A stretch of 64,000 nucleotides of DNA from an uncultured delta proteobacterium (lineage in GTDB: Bacteria > Desulfobacterota > Binatia > Binatales > Binataceae), in contig CAVRVY010000004.1 in NCBI GenBank assembly GCA_963724765.1, forward strand, positions 992,001-1,056,000. The letters run 5' to 3'. Within the stretch, counting starts at the first letter, position 1. Each line of letters starts with the position of its first letter. A program made the position numbers and the translations under genes. A model generated the notes under the pieces. That model made no database searches. It was given only the letters and a program-made list of their open reading frames with translations, and was not told where the DNA came from. Shown here piece after piece: positions 29,052 to 41,200 of the stretch.

Positions 29052-30029
29052 CTACCAGCGCAGCAGGTTGGCGCCCCAGGTCAGGCCGCCGCCGCAGGCG
29101 TTGAGCATCACGAGATCGTTGTCGTGAATGCGGTTGGCTTCGAGCGCCTCGTCCAGCGCAATTGGCACCGAGGCGGCCGAGGTGTTGCCGTAGCGATCGA
29201 TATTGGTGAAGACCTTGTCCTGGGGGACCCCCAGACGATCGGCGACCGCGTTGAGGATGCGGATGTTGGCCTGGTGCGGCACCATGAGCGCGACCTCGTC
29301 CAGTCGCACGCCCGCCCGCTCGGCCACCTTGAGCGTGATATCGGCCATCGAGCGCACCGCGATCTTGAACAGTTCGGGCCCCTTCATCTTGATCGCGTCG
29401 TCGGGCAAGCGCCGCACCTCGGAGTCAAGCGTCGCGCGCACTCCCGTCGATCGCACCGAAAGCAGATGCCAGTACTCTCCCGAGGCGCGCAGCAGGCTCG
29501 CGAGCACGCCGCGCGGCCCCGGCTCGGAGACCATCACCGCCGCCCCCGCGCCATCGCCGAACAGCACGGACACGGCACGATCGTTCCAGTCAACCATGGT
29601 CGAAAGCGCATCGGTACCGACCAGCAGCACGCGCGAGTAATCGCCCGCGCGCATCGCGTTGTCGGCAACGTTGAGTGCGTAGACGAAGCCCGAGCAGGCC
29701 GCGGCGACGTCGTAGGCCGGAATCGAGTCGACGCCCAGGCGATGCTGGAGCTGGCAGGCAAACGATGGAAAGCCGAATTCGGAGGAGACCGTGCCGACGA
29801 TGATCGCGTCGAGCTCGGCGGGCCGCATCCCGGCGCGCTCGAGCGCGATACCGCTGGCGGCGGCGGCGATATCGACCAGCGATTCTTCGCTGGACATCAC
29901 ATAGCGCTGCGCGATTCCGGTGCGCGTGCGCACCCATTCGTCGGAGGTGTCCACGATTCGTGCAAGCTCATGATTGGTAACCGCGGTGCGCGGCAGCGCG
30001 CGCCCGGTCGCGACGATTCGCGATCCCAT
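29052..30029 (-). CDS. fabH: 3-oxoacyl-ACP synthase III
   Basis: DTSDEW...RTGI, AACSGF, PHQAN, GNTSAAS, GGGLTWG. Confidence 0.95.
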   Translation of the reverse strand: MGSRIVATGRALPRTAVTNHELARIVDTSDEWVRTRTGIAQRYVMSSEESLVDIAAAASGIALERAGMRPAELDAIIVGTVSSEFGFPSFACQLQHRLGVDSIPAYDVAAACSGFVYALNVADNAMRAGDYSRVLLVGTDALSTMVDWNDRAVSVLFGDGAGAAVMVSEPGPRGVLASLLRASGEYWHLLSVRSTGVRATLDSEVRRLPDDAIKMKGPELFKIAVRSMADITLKVAERAGVRLDEVALMVPHQANIRILNAVADRLGVPQDKVFTNIDRYGNTSAASVPIALDEALEANRIHDNDLVMLNACGGGLTWGANLLRW

Positions 30030-30033
30030 CTTC

Positions 30034-31299
30034 CTACTTCCCGCTAAGCTCGACCGCGGGCCTGAAGGCCAGCGTGGTGTTGGTGCCGCCGAACCCGAAC
30101 GAATTGTTCAGCGCGAGGCGAATTTTCGCGGGCCGCGGCCGGTTGGGCACGTAATCGAGGTCGCATTCCGGGTCGGGATGCTCGTAGTTGATCGTCGGCG
30201 GCACCATCCCACGTTCGATCGCGAGCACCGTGTAGACCGACTCGATCGCGCCGGCCGCGCCCAGCGTATGGCCGGTCATCGACTTGGTCGAGCTCACTGC
30301 GATCTTGGCCGCGCGTTCGCCGAAGACATGCTTGATCGCCTGGGTCTCGGCGGCGTCGCCCTGCGGCGTGGAGGTCCCATGCGCATTGATATAGTCAACC
30401 TGGTTGGGATCGAGTTCGCCGTCCTGCAGGCACAGCATCATGCAGCGTCCGGCGCCCTGCCCCTCCGGCGAGGGCGAGGTCATGTGATAGGCGTCGCCGT
30501 TGGCAGCGTAGCCGGCGACCTCGGCCAGGATGTTGGCGCCGCGCTGAATTGCCGCCTCGCGTTCCTCCAGGATGAGCGCCGCGGCGCCCTCGGACATCAC
30601 GAAGCCGTCGCGCTCGGCGTCGAAGGGACGGCTTGCAGCCTCCGGCGCGTCGTTGCGTGTCGATAGCGCGCGCATCGCAATGAAGCCGCCGATGCCGAGC
30701 GAGGTCAGCGCCGCTTCCGCGCCACCGGTGATCGCGGCGTCGATATAGCCGTCGCGGATCATCCGGTAGGCTTCGCCCACCGCGTGGCTACCCGACGCGC
30801 AGGCGCTGGTAGTGGCCAGGTTGATGCCGCGCGCGCCATAGCGGATCGCAATCTGCCCCGGCGCCAGGTTGCTGATCAGCTTGGGGATAAAAAAGGGCGT
30901 GATTCTTTTGAGCCGGGTATCGAGAAACAGCAGGTGGTTTTCCTCGATCGTCAGGAGGCCGCCGATTCCAACTCCGACCAGCACACCGACCCGATCGGCG
31001 TTGCTCTCGTCGATCTTGAGCGCCGACTGGCGCATCGCCTGCTCGGCCGCGCCCACCGCGTACTGGATGAAAAGGTCCATCTTCTTGACGTCCTTCTTCT
31101 CGATCCAGTCATAGGGATCGAAGTCACGCACTTCGCCCGCGATACGGGCGGCGAAGTCGGAAACGTCGAAGCGGGTTATCGGCCCGATTCCCGAGCGCCC
31201 CGCCATCAGGGCTTCCCAGTTCTTCTCGATTCCCGTACCTAGCGGCGTGACCAGGCCCAAGCCGGTTACCACCACACGGCGATCACCGATGCGTCTCAT
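30034..31299 (-). CDS. fabF: 3-oxoacyl-ACP synthase II
   Basis: [37 protein letters not shown]. Confidence 0.96.
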   Translation of the reverse strand: MRRIGDRRVVVTGLGLVTPLGTGIEKNWEALMAGRSGIGPITRFDVSDFAARIAGEVRDFDPYDWIEKKDVKKMDLFIQYAVGAAEQAMRQSALKIDESNADRVGVLVGVGIGGLLTIEENHLLFLDTRLKRITPFFIPKLISNLAPGQIAIRYGARGINLATTSACASGSHAVGEAYRMIRDGYIDAAITGGAEAALTSLGIGGFIAMRALSTRNDAPEAASRPFDAERDGFVMSEGAAALILEEREAAIQRGANILAEVAGYAANGDAYHMTSPSPEGQGAGRCMMLCLQDGELDPNQVDYINAHGTSTPQGDAAETQAIKHVFGERAAKIAVSSTKSMTGHTLGAAGAIESVYTVLAIERGMVPPTINYEHPDPECDLDYVPNRPRPAKIRLALNNSFGFGGTNTTLAFRPAVELSGK

Positions 31300-31529
31300 C
31301 TAAGCCCGATGCTCCTAAAGTGGGTCATTATAACTCCCCATCTTGTATCAGAAGGCGCGTCACTTCTACATCATCCTCCCGCATCATCATCGACAGGCCC
31401 GTTGACCAGGGTTTCCACCACTCCGCAGCGCCTGCGATTCGGCCCGATTTCGCAACCAACCGCCGCCGCATCCCGGCGGCAGCTTCAGATTTCCTTGCAA
31501 CGCGACTCCGATGAGTAAAAAATTGGGCT

Positions 31530-31898
31530 GTGCCCCCCGATGACCTATCGCTCGACCCGTTCCTCAAACTCGCGGACAATTTGGGCGAACTCGAGGTCAC
31601 TATCGGCGCGCGCGCGCGGCCGGCCGTCGCCGAACTCCGCCAGCGCCTGCGCGCGGCGGTCGCCAGCCGCGAGCGTGGCGACCTGCCCGGCTCGCTGGAG
31701 CAACTGGGGAGCGCGATGGAGCGTCTCGCGGCGATCGCGAGCGAACTCGATCCTGTAGAAGGCGCGATGATGCGGATGGTGGCGCAGCGCTTCACCGAGG
31801 CGCTCAAGCTGGGCGACAAGGGCGTCGCCAAGGAGGCCGTCAACCTGATGCGCCACAAGTCCGGCGACCCCAAGGACGAGGACAACTCTAAGTGGTGA
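31530..31898 (+). CDS. Hypothetical alpha-helical protein
   Basis: 122-aa ORF with good codon bias upstream of tkt. Confidence 0.65.
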   Translation: MPPDDLSLDPFLKLADNLGELEVTIGARARPAVAELRQRLRAAVASRERGDLPGSLEQLGSAMERLAAIASELDPVEGAMMRMVAQRFTEALKLGDKGVAKEAVNLMRHKSGDPKDEDNSKW

Positions 31899-31997
31899 CT
31901 CGCCGCGCGACGGCGTTTCGCGGGCGACCTGAGTAAAGACGAAAGATAAAACCCTGACGGCCGCCGGCGGTCGTCCTCGACAACAATTGGAGTTAAC

Positions 31998-34028
31998 GTG
32001 GCGACCGCAACTCAAACCAAGGCCCCGGAATCGAATCTCGATCAACTTTGCATCAACTCGATCCGGGTGCTCGCGATCGACGCGGTGCAGAAAGCCAACT
32101 CGGGCCATCCCGGGATGCCGATGGGGATGGCGCCAATCGCGTACCTCTTGTGGACGCGCTTCATGCGTTACAACCCGGCCAACCCGCACTGGTTCGGGCG
32201 CGACCGTTTCGTGCTCTCGGCCGGGCACGGCTCGATGCTGCTGTACGCGATGCTCTATCTGACCGGCTATGATTTGCCGCTCGAACAGATCAAACATTTC
32301 CGCCAACTCGGCAGCATCACGCCCGGCCATCCGGAGTACGGCCTCACGCCCGGCGTCGAGACCACCACCGGGCCGCTCGGCCAGGGCTTCGGCAACGGAA
32401 TCGGGATCGCGCTGGCGGCGAAGCATCTGCGCACCCGCTTCGAACGCGACAGCTCAGGACTATTCGACCATCGCGTCTTCGGCATCTGCAGCGACGGCGA
32501 CCTGATGGAGGGCGTGGCGAGCGAGGCGGCCTCGATCGCCGGACATCTCGGCCTCGGCAACATCGTCTACGTTTACGACGACAACCACATCACGATCGAC
32601 GGTGGCACCGACCTGTCATTCGACGAGAATGTATGCGAGCGCTTCAACGCCTACGGCTGGCATACCCAGGGCGTCGACGACGCCAACGATCTCGCCGCGG
32701 TTTCGCGCGCGATCGAAAACGCGATCGCCGAGCAGCACCGTCCCTCGCTCATCCGCGTGCGATCGCATATCGGCTACGGCAGTCCGAACCGCCAGGACAC
32801 CTCGAAAGCGCACGGCCAGGCGCTCGGGGTCGAAGAGGTCAAGCTGACCAAGCGCTTCTACGGTTGGCCCGAGGAGCCGGCTTTTTACGTCCCCGATGAG
32901 GCGCTCAAGCATTTTCGCGATTGCGGCGCGCGCGGGCGCGAGCATGAATCCGAATGGAACGGCCGCTTCGAGGGTTACGCCAAGGCGCATGCGGGCGAGG
33001 TCGCGGAATTGAAATCGATGCTGGCGGGTGAACTGCCAAGCGGATGGGACGCCGAACTACCGCAGTTCACGCCCAAGGACACGCTGGCCACGCGCGAGTC
33101 GGGTTCACGCGCCGAGCAGGCGATCGCGAAGAAAGTCTGGAACCTGTTCGGCGGCGCGGCCGACCTCAACGAATCAACTTTCGTCGATGTGATCGGCGGC
33201 GGCGAATTCGAGCGCCACGACTATGCGGGACGCAATCTTCACTTCGGCATCCGCGAGCATGGGATGTGCGCGATCTTAAACGGCGTCGCGCTGCACGGCG
33301 GCTTCATCCCTTACGGCTCGAGCTTCCTCATCTTCACCGACTATTGCCGGCCCTCGCTCAGGCTGGCGGCGCTGATGGGTATCCACGTGATTTACGTCTT
33401 CACCCACGATTCGATCGGGCTGGGCGAAGACGGCCCGACCCACCAGCCGGTAGAGCAACTTTCGGGCCTGCGCGCGATCCCGAATTTCACGGTGATTCGG
33501 CCAGGCGACGCCAACGAGGCCGCCGAGGCGTGGCGCGCCGCGATGACGCATCGGGGCGGCCCAGTGCTGCTGGCGCTGAGCCGCCAAAAGCTTCCGACGC
33601 TGGACCGCGCCGCGATGGCGCCGGCGCGCGAACTCGCTCGCGGAGCCTACGTGCTCAACGAGACCAAGGGGCGCGGCGCGGAGATAATTTTGATGGCGAG
33701 CGGGTCCGAGCTGCACCTCGCGGTCGGCGCCGCAAAGGAACTCGAAAAGCGCGGCCACGCGGTGCGCGTGGTCAGCATGCCGAGCATGGAGCTGTTCGAA
33801 AAACAGGAGGCGGCTTATCGCGACTCGGTCCTGCCGCCGTCGATTCGGCGGCGGCTCGCGATCGAAGCGGCCTCGCCGATGTCGTGGTATCGATGGGTCG
33901 GGCTTGAGGGCGACGTGCTCGGGATGACGACCTTCGGCGCCTCGGGCCCGTATCAGGACGTGCTCAAGCACTTCGGCTTCACCGTGGAAAACACGGTGGA
34001 CCGCGCGCTCAAGTTGCTCGCGCGGTGA
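31998..34028 (+). CDS. tkt: Transketolase
   Basis: SGHPG, RDRFVLSAGH, GPLGQG, DGDLMEG, FGIREH, HDSIGLGEDGPTHQP. Confidence 0.97.
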   Translation: MATATQTKAPESNLDQLCINSIRVLAIDAVQKANSGHPGMPMGMAPIAYLLWTRFMRYNPANPHWFGRDRFVLSAGHGSMLLYAMLYLTGYDLPLEQIKHFRQLGSITPGHPEYGLTPGVETTTGPLGQGFGNGIGIALAAKHLRTRFERDSSGLFDHRVFGICSDGDLMEGVASEAASIAGHLGLGNIVYVYDDNHITIDGGTDLSFDENVCERFNAYGWHTQGVDDANDLAAVSRAIENAIAEQHRPSLIRVRSHIGYGSPNRQDTSKAHGQALGVEEVKLTKRFYGWPEEPAFYVPDEALKHFRDCGARGREHESEWNGRFEGYAKAHAGEVAELKSMLAGELPSGWDAELPQFTPKDTLATRESGSRAEQAIAKKVWNLFGGAADLNESTFVDVIGGGEFERHDYAGRNLHFGIREHGMCAILNGVALHGGFIPYGSSFLIFTDYCRPSLRLAALMGIHVIYVFTHDSIGLGEDGPTHQPVEQLSGLRAIPNFTVIRPGDANEAAEAWRAAMTHRGGPVLLALSRQKLPTLDRAAMAPARELARGAYVLNETKGRGAEIILMASGSELHLAVGAAKELEKRGHAVRVVSMPSMELFEKQEAAYRDSVLPPSIRRRLAIEAASPMSWYRWVGLEGDVLGMTTFGASGPYQDVLKHFGFTVENTVDRALKLLAR

Positions 34029-34114
34029 ACCGGCTATCGGAAACGTCCTGAGAACTATTTCATTTTATCGCAATGAGGGCGTAGTCCGAATCGACATTGC
34101 TGTACGTTGAAGGG

Positions 34115-34319
34115 CCCTCACCCTAGCCCTCCCCGCGTACAACCGCGGGCGAGGGCATGAAAAAGAAGCGGTAGAGAAAGGACGGCGTCGACCGCGCTGG
34201 CCTTTTTGAAATAGCCGATACTGCCAGCGGTGAAGTCACGCGTCAGCAATCAAAACGAACCGCCCGCACCTTTCTGAGCCCTCGCCCACATTATTTGTGG
34301 GAGAGGGTGTCGGTGAGGG
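34115..34319. repeat. Inverted pair of REP-like palindromic elements (CCCTCACCC..CCCTC(T/C)CC..GGG(C/A)GAGGG)
   Basis: 34115-34155 CCCTCACCCTAGCCCTCCCCGC..GCGGGCGAGGG; reverse copy at about 34279-34319 reads CCCTCACCGACACCCTCTCCCAC..GTGGGCGAGGG on the minus strand. Confidence 0.75.
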
Positions 34320-34410
34320 TCCATTGTTGTTCAGCGCGCTGGCGCGGGTGGCGCGCTTTGCGCTAGTTTTCTTGTAACGTCCACTTCACTTGTGACGCCC
34401 ACTTTATCGG

Positions 34411-35160
34411 ATGGTCATGGCCGAACCGAAGCTCATCATCCTGGACGACGCGCAGTCGCTCTACGTGCACGCGGCGGAGGAGATCGCGCACTTTGCCGGC
34501 GAAGCAATCTGCATGCACGCCGAATTCACGTTATGCCTTACCGGCGGATCGACCCCCGCAACAACTTATGAACTGTTGGCCGAGCGCTTCCGCCTGAGCG
34601 TCGATTGGAAAGAGGTGCAGCTCTTCTGGGGCGACGAGCGATGCGTCCCGCCGCAGGACCCGGCGAGCAATTTCGGGATGGCCAACCGCACCATGCTGAG
34701 CCGTCTCGGCCTGGGACCCGATCAGATTCATCGGATGCGCGGCGAAGACCCGCCCGAGCAGGCCGCGCTCGCCTACGAGCAAGAGTTGAGGGCGTCCTTC
34801 GGGATCGATGAGGGCGAATTTCCGCGCTTCAACCTGACGCTGCTCGGCCTGGGCGACAACGTCCACGTCGCGTCGCTATTTCCCGGCCATCCGGCGCTCC
34901 ACGAGCGCGAGCGTATCGCGGTCGCGGTCGAGGTCGACGCTCCGCAGCGCCATCGCGTGACGCTCACGCCGCCCGTGCTCAACAACTCGGCCCGCGTGAT
35001 GTTCCTGGTCGAAGGCGAGGGCAAGGCGGCGGCGGTAAAGAGCGCGCTCGAGGGTCCGCGCGACCCCGACCGCTTTCCCGCGCAAATCATCGACCCGCCC
35101 CACGGCGAGGTCATCTGGCTGCTCGACCGCGCGGCCGCCTCCCTGCTCTCGCACACCTGA
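34411..35160 (+). CDS. pgl: 6-phosphogluconolactonase
   Basis: [34 protein letters not shown]. Confidence 0.94.
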   Translation: MVMAEPKLIILDDAQSLYVHAAEEIAHFAGEAICMHAEFTLCLTGGSTPATTYELLAERFRLSVDWKEVQLFWGDERCVPPQDPASNFGMANRTMLSRLGLGPDQIHRMRGEDPPEQAALAYEQELRASFGIDEGEFPRFNLTLLGLGDNVHVASLFPGHPALHERERIAVAVEVDAPQRHRVTLTPPVLNNSARVMFLVEGEGKAAAVKSALEGPRDPDRFPAQIIDPPHGEVIWLLDRAAASLLSHT

Positions 35161-35238
35161 CTCTGCTGGCGTACGGCCCTGCCGACGCCCGAGACAGCGC
35201 TGAAGGTCGTCTCGACAGTCCCGCGCGGCTAACGCACA

Positions 35239-35886
35239 ATGATGAACATGGGATTCATTTCGCGCCACACGATCGGAGTCCTGGTCGTCCTGGTGATCGC
35301 GGGTTGGGCGCTGTTTTACGTTCCGACCACGCCGTCCTACGCCGTCTACCAGCTCAAACAGGCGATCGATGCGCGCGACGGCGCGACCGCTGCGACCTTC
35401 GTCGACTTTTCCAGTGTAGTCAAGAACGCCGGCTACGAGATGCTGCAGCAGAACTCGAAAGCCAACGATGTCATCACCGCGCTGGTCGGCAAGGGCGCGG
35501 TCGACCTGCTGAGCGCGCCGATGGCCGCCGGAGTGCAGCAATGGGCCACGCAACAGGTGAACAGCGGCGCCAGGCAGGTGCAGATGCCGGCCGGAGCCGT
35601 GGCGGCCGCAATCGTGCTGCTCCATCATTCGGACGATGCGGCGTGGACCGATTTCCGCGACGACAAGGGCGTGCAATGGAACATCCGCATGGCGCGCGAG
35701 AACGGCCGCTGGCGAATTGTCGAGGTCAAGAACGTCCAGCAACTCCTGCAGCACTTTCAGCAGCAAAAGGGGATGGGCGGTCCATCGGCAACGCCGCCGG
35801 ACACAGGTGCTCCGGGCGCCGCGCCCCCTGAGGCCGCGCCCCCTGAGGCCGCGCCTCCAGGTGGCGGCGCATCTACATCCCCCTAG
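35239..35886 (+). CDS. DUF2939-like membrane-anchored protein with AAPPE-repeat tail
   Basis: TM anchor then [13 protein letters not shown]......VDF; W+IV C-terminal strand; 15-bp repeat GCCGCGCCCCCTGAG at 35818-35860. Confidence 0.65.
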   Translation: MMNMGFISRHTIGVLVVLVIAGWALFYVPTTPSYAVYQLKQAIDARDGATAATFVDFSSVVKNAGYEMLQQNSKANDVITALVGKGAVDLLSAPMAAGVQQWATQQVNSGARQVQMPAGAVAAAIVLLHHSDDAAWTDFRDDKGVQWNIRMARENGRWRIVEVKNVQQLLQHFQQQKGMGGPSATPPDTGAPGAAPPEAAPPEAAPPGGGASTSP

Positions 35887-35924
35887 CCTTGCTCTACGAT
35901 CGCCCTGGTCTTGCTCTCCAGTTT

Positions 35925-36103
35925 TGATTTTCGTGATCAGCAGCGACACCTGCACCGGCGCCACGCTTAACGCGAAGCAAAGCTGCACGGTCGAGGTCGC
36001 GTTTAGTCCGACGGAACGGCAGGCCGGGTGAAGAGCCAGCTTACGGTGACCACCGACGCCCAGGGCCAGCACGCACCCCTTTCCGGCGACGCAACTCCCT
36101 GAC
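35925..36103 (+). pseudogene. Remnant of a choice-of-anchor D / ASH-type Ig-like domain
   Basis: [29 protein letters not shown] pattern, then frameshifted [12 protein letters not shown]...PLSGDA*; no start codon. Confidence 0.6.
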
Positions 36104-36241
36104 CCACGCGCAGTGTGCCGCGTCCGTAACGAGTTTGCGGGCGCGGCGCACTGGCGCACCGGCCGCGCCACAAGAACGCGAGCCGGCGCACGACCCGGTG
36201 CAATCGACAATACGGCGTTAACAATCGTGCCGCGGGGCGCG

Positions 36242-36270
36242 TTTACAGGGCGGGCGACGGCAGCTACACT
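36242..36270 (+). promoter_or_regulatory. Sigma70-type promoter of typA
   Basis: TTTACA-N17-TACACT about 50 nt upstream of ATG 36320. Confidence 0.55.
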
Positions 36271-36319
36271 GGAACCTGGCGCGGCCGCCTCGGCCGCGCC
36301 GTTTAATATCAGTCCCCCA

Positions 36320-38176
36320 ATGCGACGACAGGATATCCGCAATATCGCCATCGTGGCCCACGTCGACCACGGTAAAACCACTTTGGTTGACGCGCTGCTG
36401 CGCCAGTCGGGCGTCTTCCGCGCCAACGAACATGTTGCCGAGCGGGTGATGGATTCGTTCGCGCTCGAGCGGGAGCGCGGCATCACCATCATGGCCAAGA
36501 ACACGTCGATCGCCTGGCATGACGTGCGCATCAATATCGTCGATACGCCCGGTCACTCCGACTTCGGCGGAGAGGTGGAACGCACGCTCGCGATGGTCGA
36601 CGGCATTTTGTTGCTGGTCGACGCCTCCGAGGGGCCATTGCCGCAGACCCGCTTCGTGCTACGCAAAGCGCTCGAGGCCGGCCTCTCCACAGTGCTCTGC
36701 ATCAACAAGATCGACCGCCCCGACGCACGTCCGGCCGAGGTGCTCGACGAGGTTTACGACCTGTTCATCGACCTCGGCGCCAACGAAGACCAGCTCGATT
36801 TTCCGATTCTCTATACCAATGCCCGCGCGGGCATCGCCTTCACCCGGCCCGGCGGCACGGGCGAAAACCTTGCGCCGCTGTTCGAGGCCATCATCAGCCA
36901 TCTACCGGGACCCGAGGTCGACCCCGAAGCGCCGTTGCAATTCCAGGCCAACAACATTGACTACGACGAATACGTAGGACGCCTGGCGATCGGCCGGGTG
37001 GTCGCGGGCACGATCAACGCGGGTGGAACGTACGCGCTGTGTCGCGCCGACGGGTCGCGTGAGTCGTGCAAGGTGGCGCATCTCTACGGATGGCGCGGGC
37101 TGAAGCGGGCCGAGCTGTCATCGGCTGACGCGGGCGACGTGGTGATGGTGGCGGGGCTCGAGGACATCGAGATCGGCGAGACCATCACCGATCCTGAAAA
37201 TCCGCGGCCGCTTCCCGGCATCAGAATCGACGAACCGACCGTGGCGATGACCTTTTCGGTCAACAACGCGCCGTGGGCCGGACGCGAGGGGCAGTTCGTC
37301 ACTTCGCGCAAACTGGGAGCGCGGATCGAGCTCGAAACGCGCCGCAACGTGAGCATTCGCGTCGAGCCGTCGGGCGCGGATTCGTGGCGCGTGCTGGGGC
37401 GCGGCGAGCTGGCGCTGGCGGTGATCGTCGAGACGATGCGCCGCGAGGGTTACGAGCTGCAGGTCTCCAAGCCGACCGTCGTAACTCGCAGCTCTGGCGG
37501 CGAGCTGCTCGAGCCGATGGAATTTCTGGTGATCGACATTCCCGAAGAGCACATCGGGCTCGTGACCCAGCTCCTCTCCGCGCGCAAGGGCCGGATGCGC
37601 ACCATGACGACGCATCAGAGCGGCCGGGTGCGGCTGGAGTACGACGTTCCGGCGCGCGGGCTGATTGGCTTTCGCGGGCGCTTCCTCGCCGATACGCGCG
37701 GGACCGGAGTGATGCACTCGGTGTTCAACGGCTATGCGCCATGGTGCGGCGCGATTCGCTCGCGCCAAAACGGCGCGATGATCTCCGATCGCGAAGGGAT
37801 CGCGACTCCCTACGCCATTTTTCATCTCCAGGAGCGCGGGATCTTCTTCATCCCGGCCGGCGAGCCGGTGTACGAGGGCATGATCCTCGGCGAATATGCG
37901 CGCGAGACCAACCTGCCGGTCAACGTATGCCGTGAAAAAAAGCTCACCAACATACGCGCCGCCGGGCATGACGAGGCCGTGCGGCTGAGCCCGCCGCGGC
38001 TGATGACGCTCGACACGGCGCTTGAGTGGATCGACGAAGAAGAACTGGTCGAGCTCACGCCGCGCTCGGTCCGGTTGCGCAATCGTGTGCTCAAAACCGG
38101 GCTGCGCGGCAAGCATCGCGCGGGCTGGCTTGAGACCGCCGGGGCCGGCGCGGCCGAAGCCGCCGAAAGCGAATAA
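36320..38176 (+). CDS. typA: Translational GTPase TypA/BipA
   Basis: [56 protein letters not shown]. Confidence 0.96.
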   Translation: MRRQDIRNIAIVAHVDHGKTTLVDALLRQSGVFRANEHVAERVMDSFALERERGITIMAKNTSIAWHDVRINIVDTPGHSDFGGEVERTLAMVDGILLLVDASEGPLPQTRFVLRKALEAGLSTVLCINKIDRPDARPAEVLDEVYDLFIDLGANEDQLDFPILYTNARAGIAFTRPGGTGENLAPLFEAIISHLPGPEVDPEAPLQFQANNIDYDEYVGRLAIGRVVAGTINAGGTYALCRADGSRESCKVAHLYGWRGLKRAELSSADAGDVVMVAGLEDIEIGETITDPENPRPLPGIRIDEPTVAMTFSVNNAPWAGREGQFVTSRKLGARIELETRRNVSIRVEPSGADSWRVLGRGELALAVIVETMRREGYELQVSKPTVVTRSSGGELLEPMEFLVIDIPEEHIGLVTQLLSARKGRMRTMTTHQSGRVRLEYDVPARGLIGFRGRFLADTRGTGVMHSVFNGYAPWCGAIRSRQNGAMISDREGIATPYAIFHLQERGIFFIPAGEPVYEGMILGEYARETNLPVNVCREKKLTNIRAAGHDEAVRLSPPRLMTLDTALEWIDEEELVELTPRSVRLRNRVLKTGLRGKHRAGWLETAGAGAAEAAESE

Positions 38177-38260
38177 GTCTCGCGCGCGCTCGGCCGGTTT
38201 TAGTTGCCGCGGCAGACGCTTAAGTTCTAGACGCGTCATAGGTTCAAGACCGGGTTCCGG

Positions 38261-41200
38261 ATGAGACTTGTGCGCGCCGCCGCGATCGCCCTGCTCTTTC
38301 TCGCCGCGATGCTGTTGGTGGCGGCTGCGGTCGTGGTGCACAACCAGGCGCGCCTCATCAACCTGGTCCTCCAGCACATTCAGGAACGCAGCGGTTACCA
38401 GATTGTCGCCAGTGACGCGCGGCTGCACGTCGGCACGCATCTTAGTGTATTCCTCGAGCATCCGAGCATCCTGCACGACGGGCGCGAGCTGATACGTTCC
38501 GAGCGCGTCCGCGTCTACCTGAGCTACCACGCGCTCATCTGGAACAACGGGCTGCCGCTGCGCGCGTTGGTAATCGTGCGTCCGGAGTTGCGTGCCCCCG
38601 CCACCTCGGCCGCACTCGGCCCCCAGCTGCTGCCACGTCCTGACACCGCGGCGGTGCGGGCGGTGGCGCAGGAGTTTCGCGAGTTCTCCGGTCTCGTCGA
38701 GCGCGTCACGATTGCCGATGCCCGAGTCAGCGACGCCGCCGGCCAGCCGCTGTTGGAAAAGTTCTCGATGACAGCGGCGCCGCGGCGCAGGCACGCGAAG
38801 ATCTGGAATATCGGCTTCTTCGCGCCGCAGGTTCACACAGCGCTGAGTGGGCTCGAACTAAGCGGCCGGATGAGCATCGACACCGTTCCGCACGCCACCG
38901 GTCAGACCCTCTCTGACGGCGAACTGTGGTTCTGGAACGGGCGGCTTAAGCGCGACGCTGGCGCCGGGGTGACGGTCAATGGACTGGTCCATGGCGACGC
39001 GACCTTCGCGTTGCGCGACAACGGCGAGCTTGACGGTCGCGGCAACGTCGCGATCGACCAGTTCGGAGCCAGCGGTACGCGCCTGGGCAAGCCGATCGAT
39101 CTGGGCAACTGCTCGCTCAAAACGATCTACGCCGTTTCCACCGCACGAATAGCCCTGGTCGACGTGGAAACGCGCGTGGGAAAGTCGACCGCCGCTTCCG
39201 GCGACGTCACGCTCAACGATCCGTTCAAGGCGAACGCAACGCTCCTCGCGCATCTGAACGCTGTTGAAATCGACCTCGCCACGCTCAAGGCGCGGCTCGA
39301 TACGACACGCGCCCTGCCCAAGCCGCTGGCCTGGCTGGCGGCCGCGCTTATCTCGGGGCGGGTGACGGTCGATGGAGCGACGTATCGGGGCGAGTTGCGG
39401 AACCTCGCATGGAGTGCGGCGTCGCTATCGAAGGCGTTGCAGCTCTCGGTTCGCCTCGACGCCGTGAGCCTGAAGCTGTCCAACACGGCGGCCCTGCCGG
39501 CGCTATCGCGGGCGAACGCACAATTGTCCTACGCGAAGGGGCGCGTGACGCTTGCGCAAGGATCGGCGGCGTTGGGACGTTCGTCGTTTGAGCAGCTTAG
39601 CGGCAGCGCCGATTTCGGATCCGGCCATCGGCAGTTGCGCTATCAGCTCAAGGCCACCGGCACGCTCGACCTCGATGAACTCTACCCGGCTGCGATGCAG
39701 CTTTCTCCGGCCCTTGCAGCCAAGGCCGCCAAGCATATAGACCGGCTGTCCGGCAACGCGACGGTACGGGTCACCGCGTCGGGATCCCTCGATACCGAAG
39801 CGCCCGCGCCGCCCGCAAAATACCTGGCGAAAGTCGACACCAGCGGTGTGAACCTGACCGCCAGGGATTTGCCGCAGCCGATCGCGCTGGTCGGCGGCAG
39901 CGTGACGCTTACGCCGGGCAATATCGAGCTCAGCCGCGTGATGGCCGCGGTCGCTAAGCCCAAAGTGCCGGGCGACGTCTCGGTTAACGGAAATCTCGCG
40001 TTCGCTGGCGGAAAGATTAGCCTGCGCCAAATCGCCGTCGAGCTGCATCAGATCGATGTACAGCAATGGCTGCCGCTGATAGTCGATCCTGATGATATCG
40101 CGGCGCGCGGGCCGCTCGGCGGCACGCTTACGATCGTGCGCGAGCCGAGCCGCAGCCACGGCATCCGCGCCAACGGCCGGCTAACGATGGGCGCGGGCGA
40201 GGTCCAGCTGGGCTTTCTGCGCGCACCGATCGTGGCGCAATCGGCGACGCTCAGCTTCGACGGCCGCGGACTGCTGCTGGCGATCGTCGGAGCAAAGCTG
40301 CAGGGCGCGCCGTTCGATTTCTCGCTCGGTGTCGCAGACCTCGACAAACCCGTGCTCAGAATCGTCGCGAACGCCGGGCGGCTTGACCTCGAAGTGATGA
40401 AGTTCATCCGCCTGCCGTGGGCTCCCAGCCCTCCCGCGAATTTTTTTCCGGTGCCAGTGGTCGGTCATATCGAGGCCGCCCATGCGAGGCTCGAGCGCCT
40501 GACGATGTCGCGCGCGAGATGTGACTTCAATCGCGAGCTGAACGGCGACTGGAGCGTGCGTAATTTCACCGCCACCATGTTCGACGGGCACGCCGAAATG
40601 GAGTTCTCCGGACGCGGCCGCGACGACTGGATTAACGTCAAGGGCCGCCTCAACGGAGTTCTGGTCGGGCCGCTTTTCACGCTCGCAGATCCGGCCGCTC
40701 AGCCGCCGCTCAACGGCCGGCTCAAGGCAACGGGCGACCTGTGGGCCAACTCCAACACCGATTTCTTCAACACGCTGGCGGGAACCTTGTCATTCGAAGT
40801 AACCGACGGCGTGCTGCACAAATTCGCGCTGCTCTCGCGCATCCTGGGTCTCGTCGATCTCAAGACCTGGCTCTCGGCCAAGGTGCCTGACCCACGCGTC
40901 AACGGAGTTCCATTTCAGACGCTGACAGCCGACTTCAAGGGCCGCGACGGCGAGTTCTACAGCGACAACCTGCTCCTGCGCGGCCCGGTGATGAACATTT
41001 CGGCGCTCGGGCACATGCGTCTGGCCGACAGCCACGTCGATATGCAGGTCGGCATGGTGCCGTTCAAGACGGTTAACTGGCTGGTGGCTAAAGTGCCGCT
41101 AATCGGCGGCGGACTCTCCAGCGACCACTTTGTCGCAGCCTACTTCCACGTCACTGGCCCGCTCAGCAATCCTCGTGTCGTTCCCCAGCCGATAACTTCG

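Noticed and set aside
29052-31299. fabF-fabH pair as a type II PKS
   Set aside because: Both have canonical fatty-acid synthase motifs; no chain-length factor, ACP or cyclase adjacent
34876-36534. 552-aa minus-strand ORF
   Set aside because: Antisense shadow of pgl, the DUF2939 gene and typA; typical of high-GC DNA, no motifs
37118-38836. 572-aa minus-strand ORF (likewise 46527..48416, 10892..12106, 50114..51304)
   Set aside because: Codon-register antisense shadows of well-supported genes
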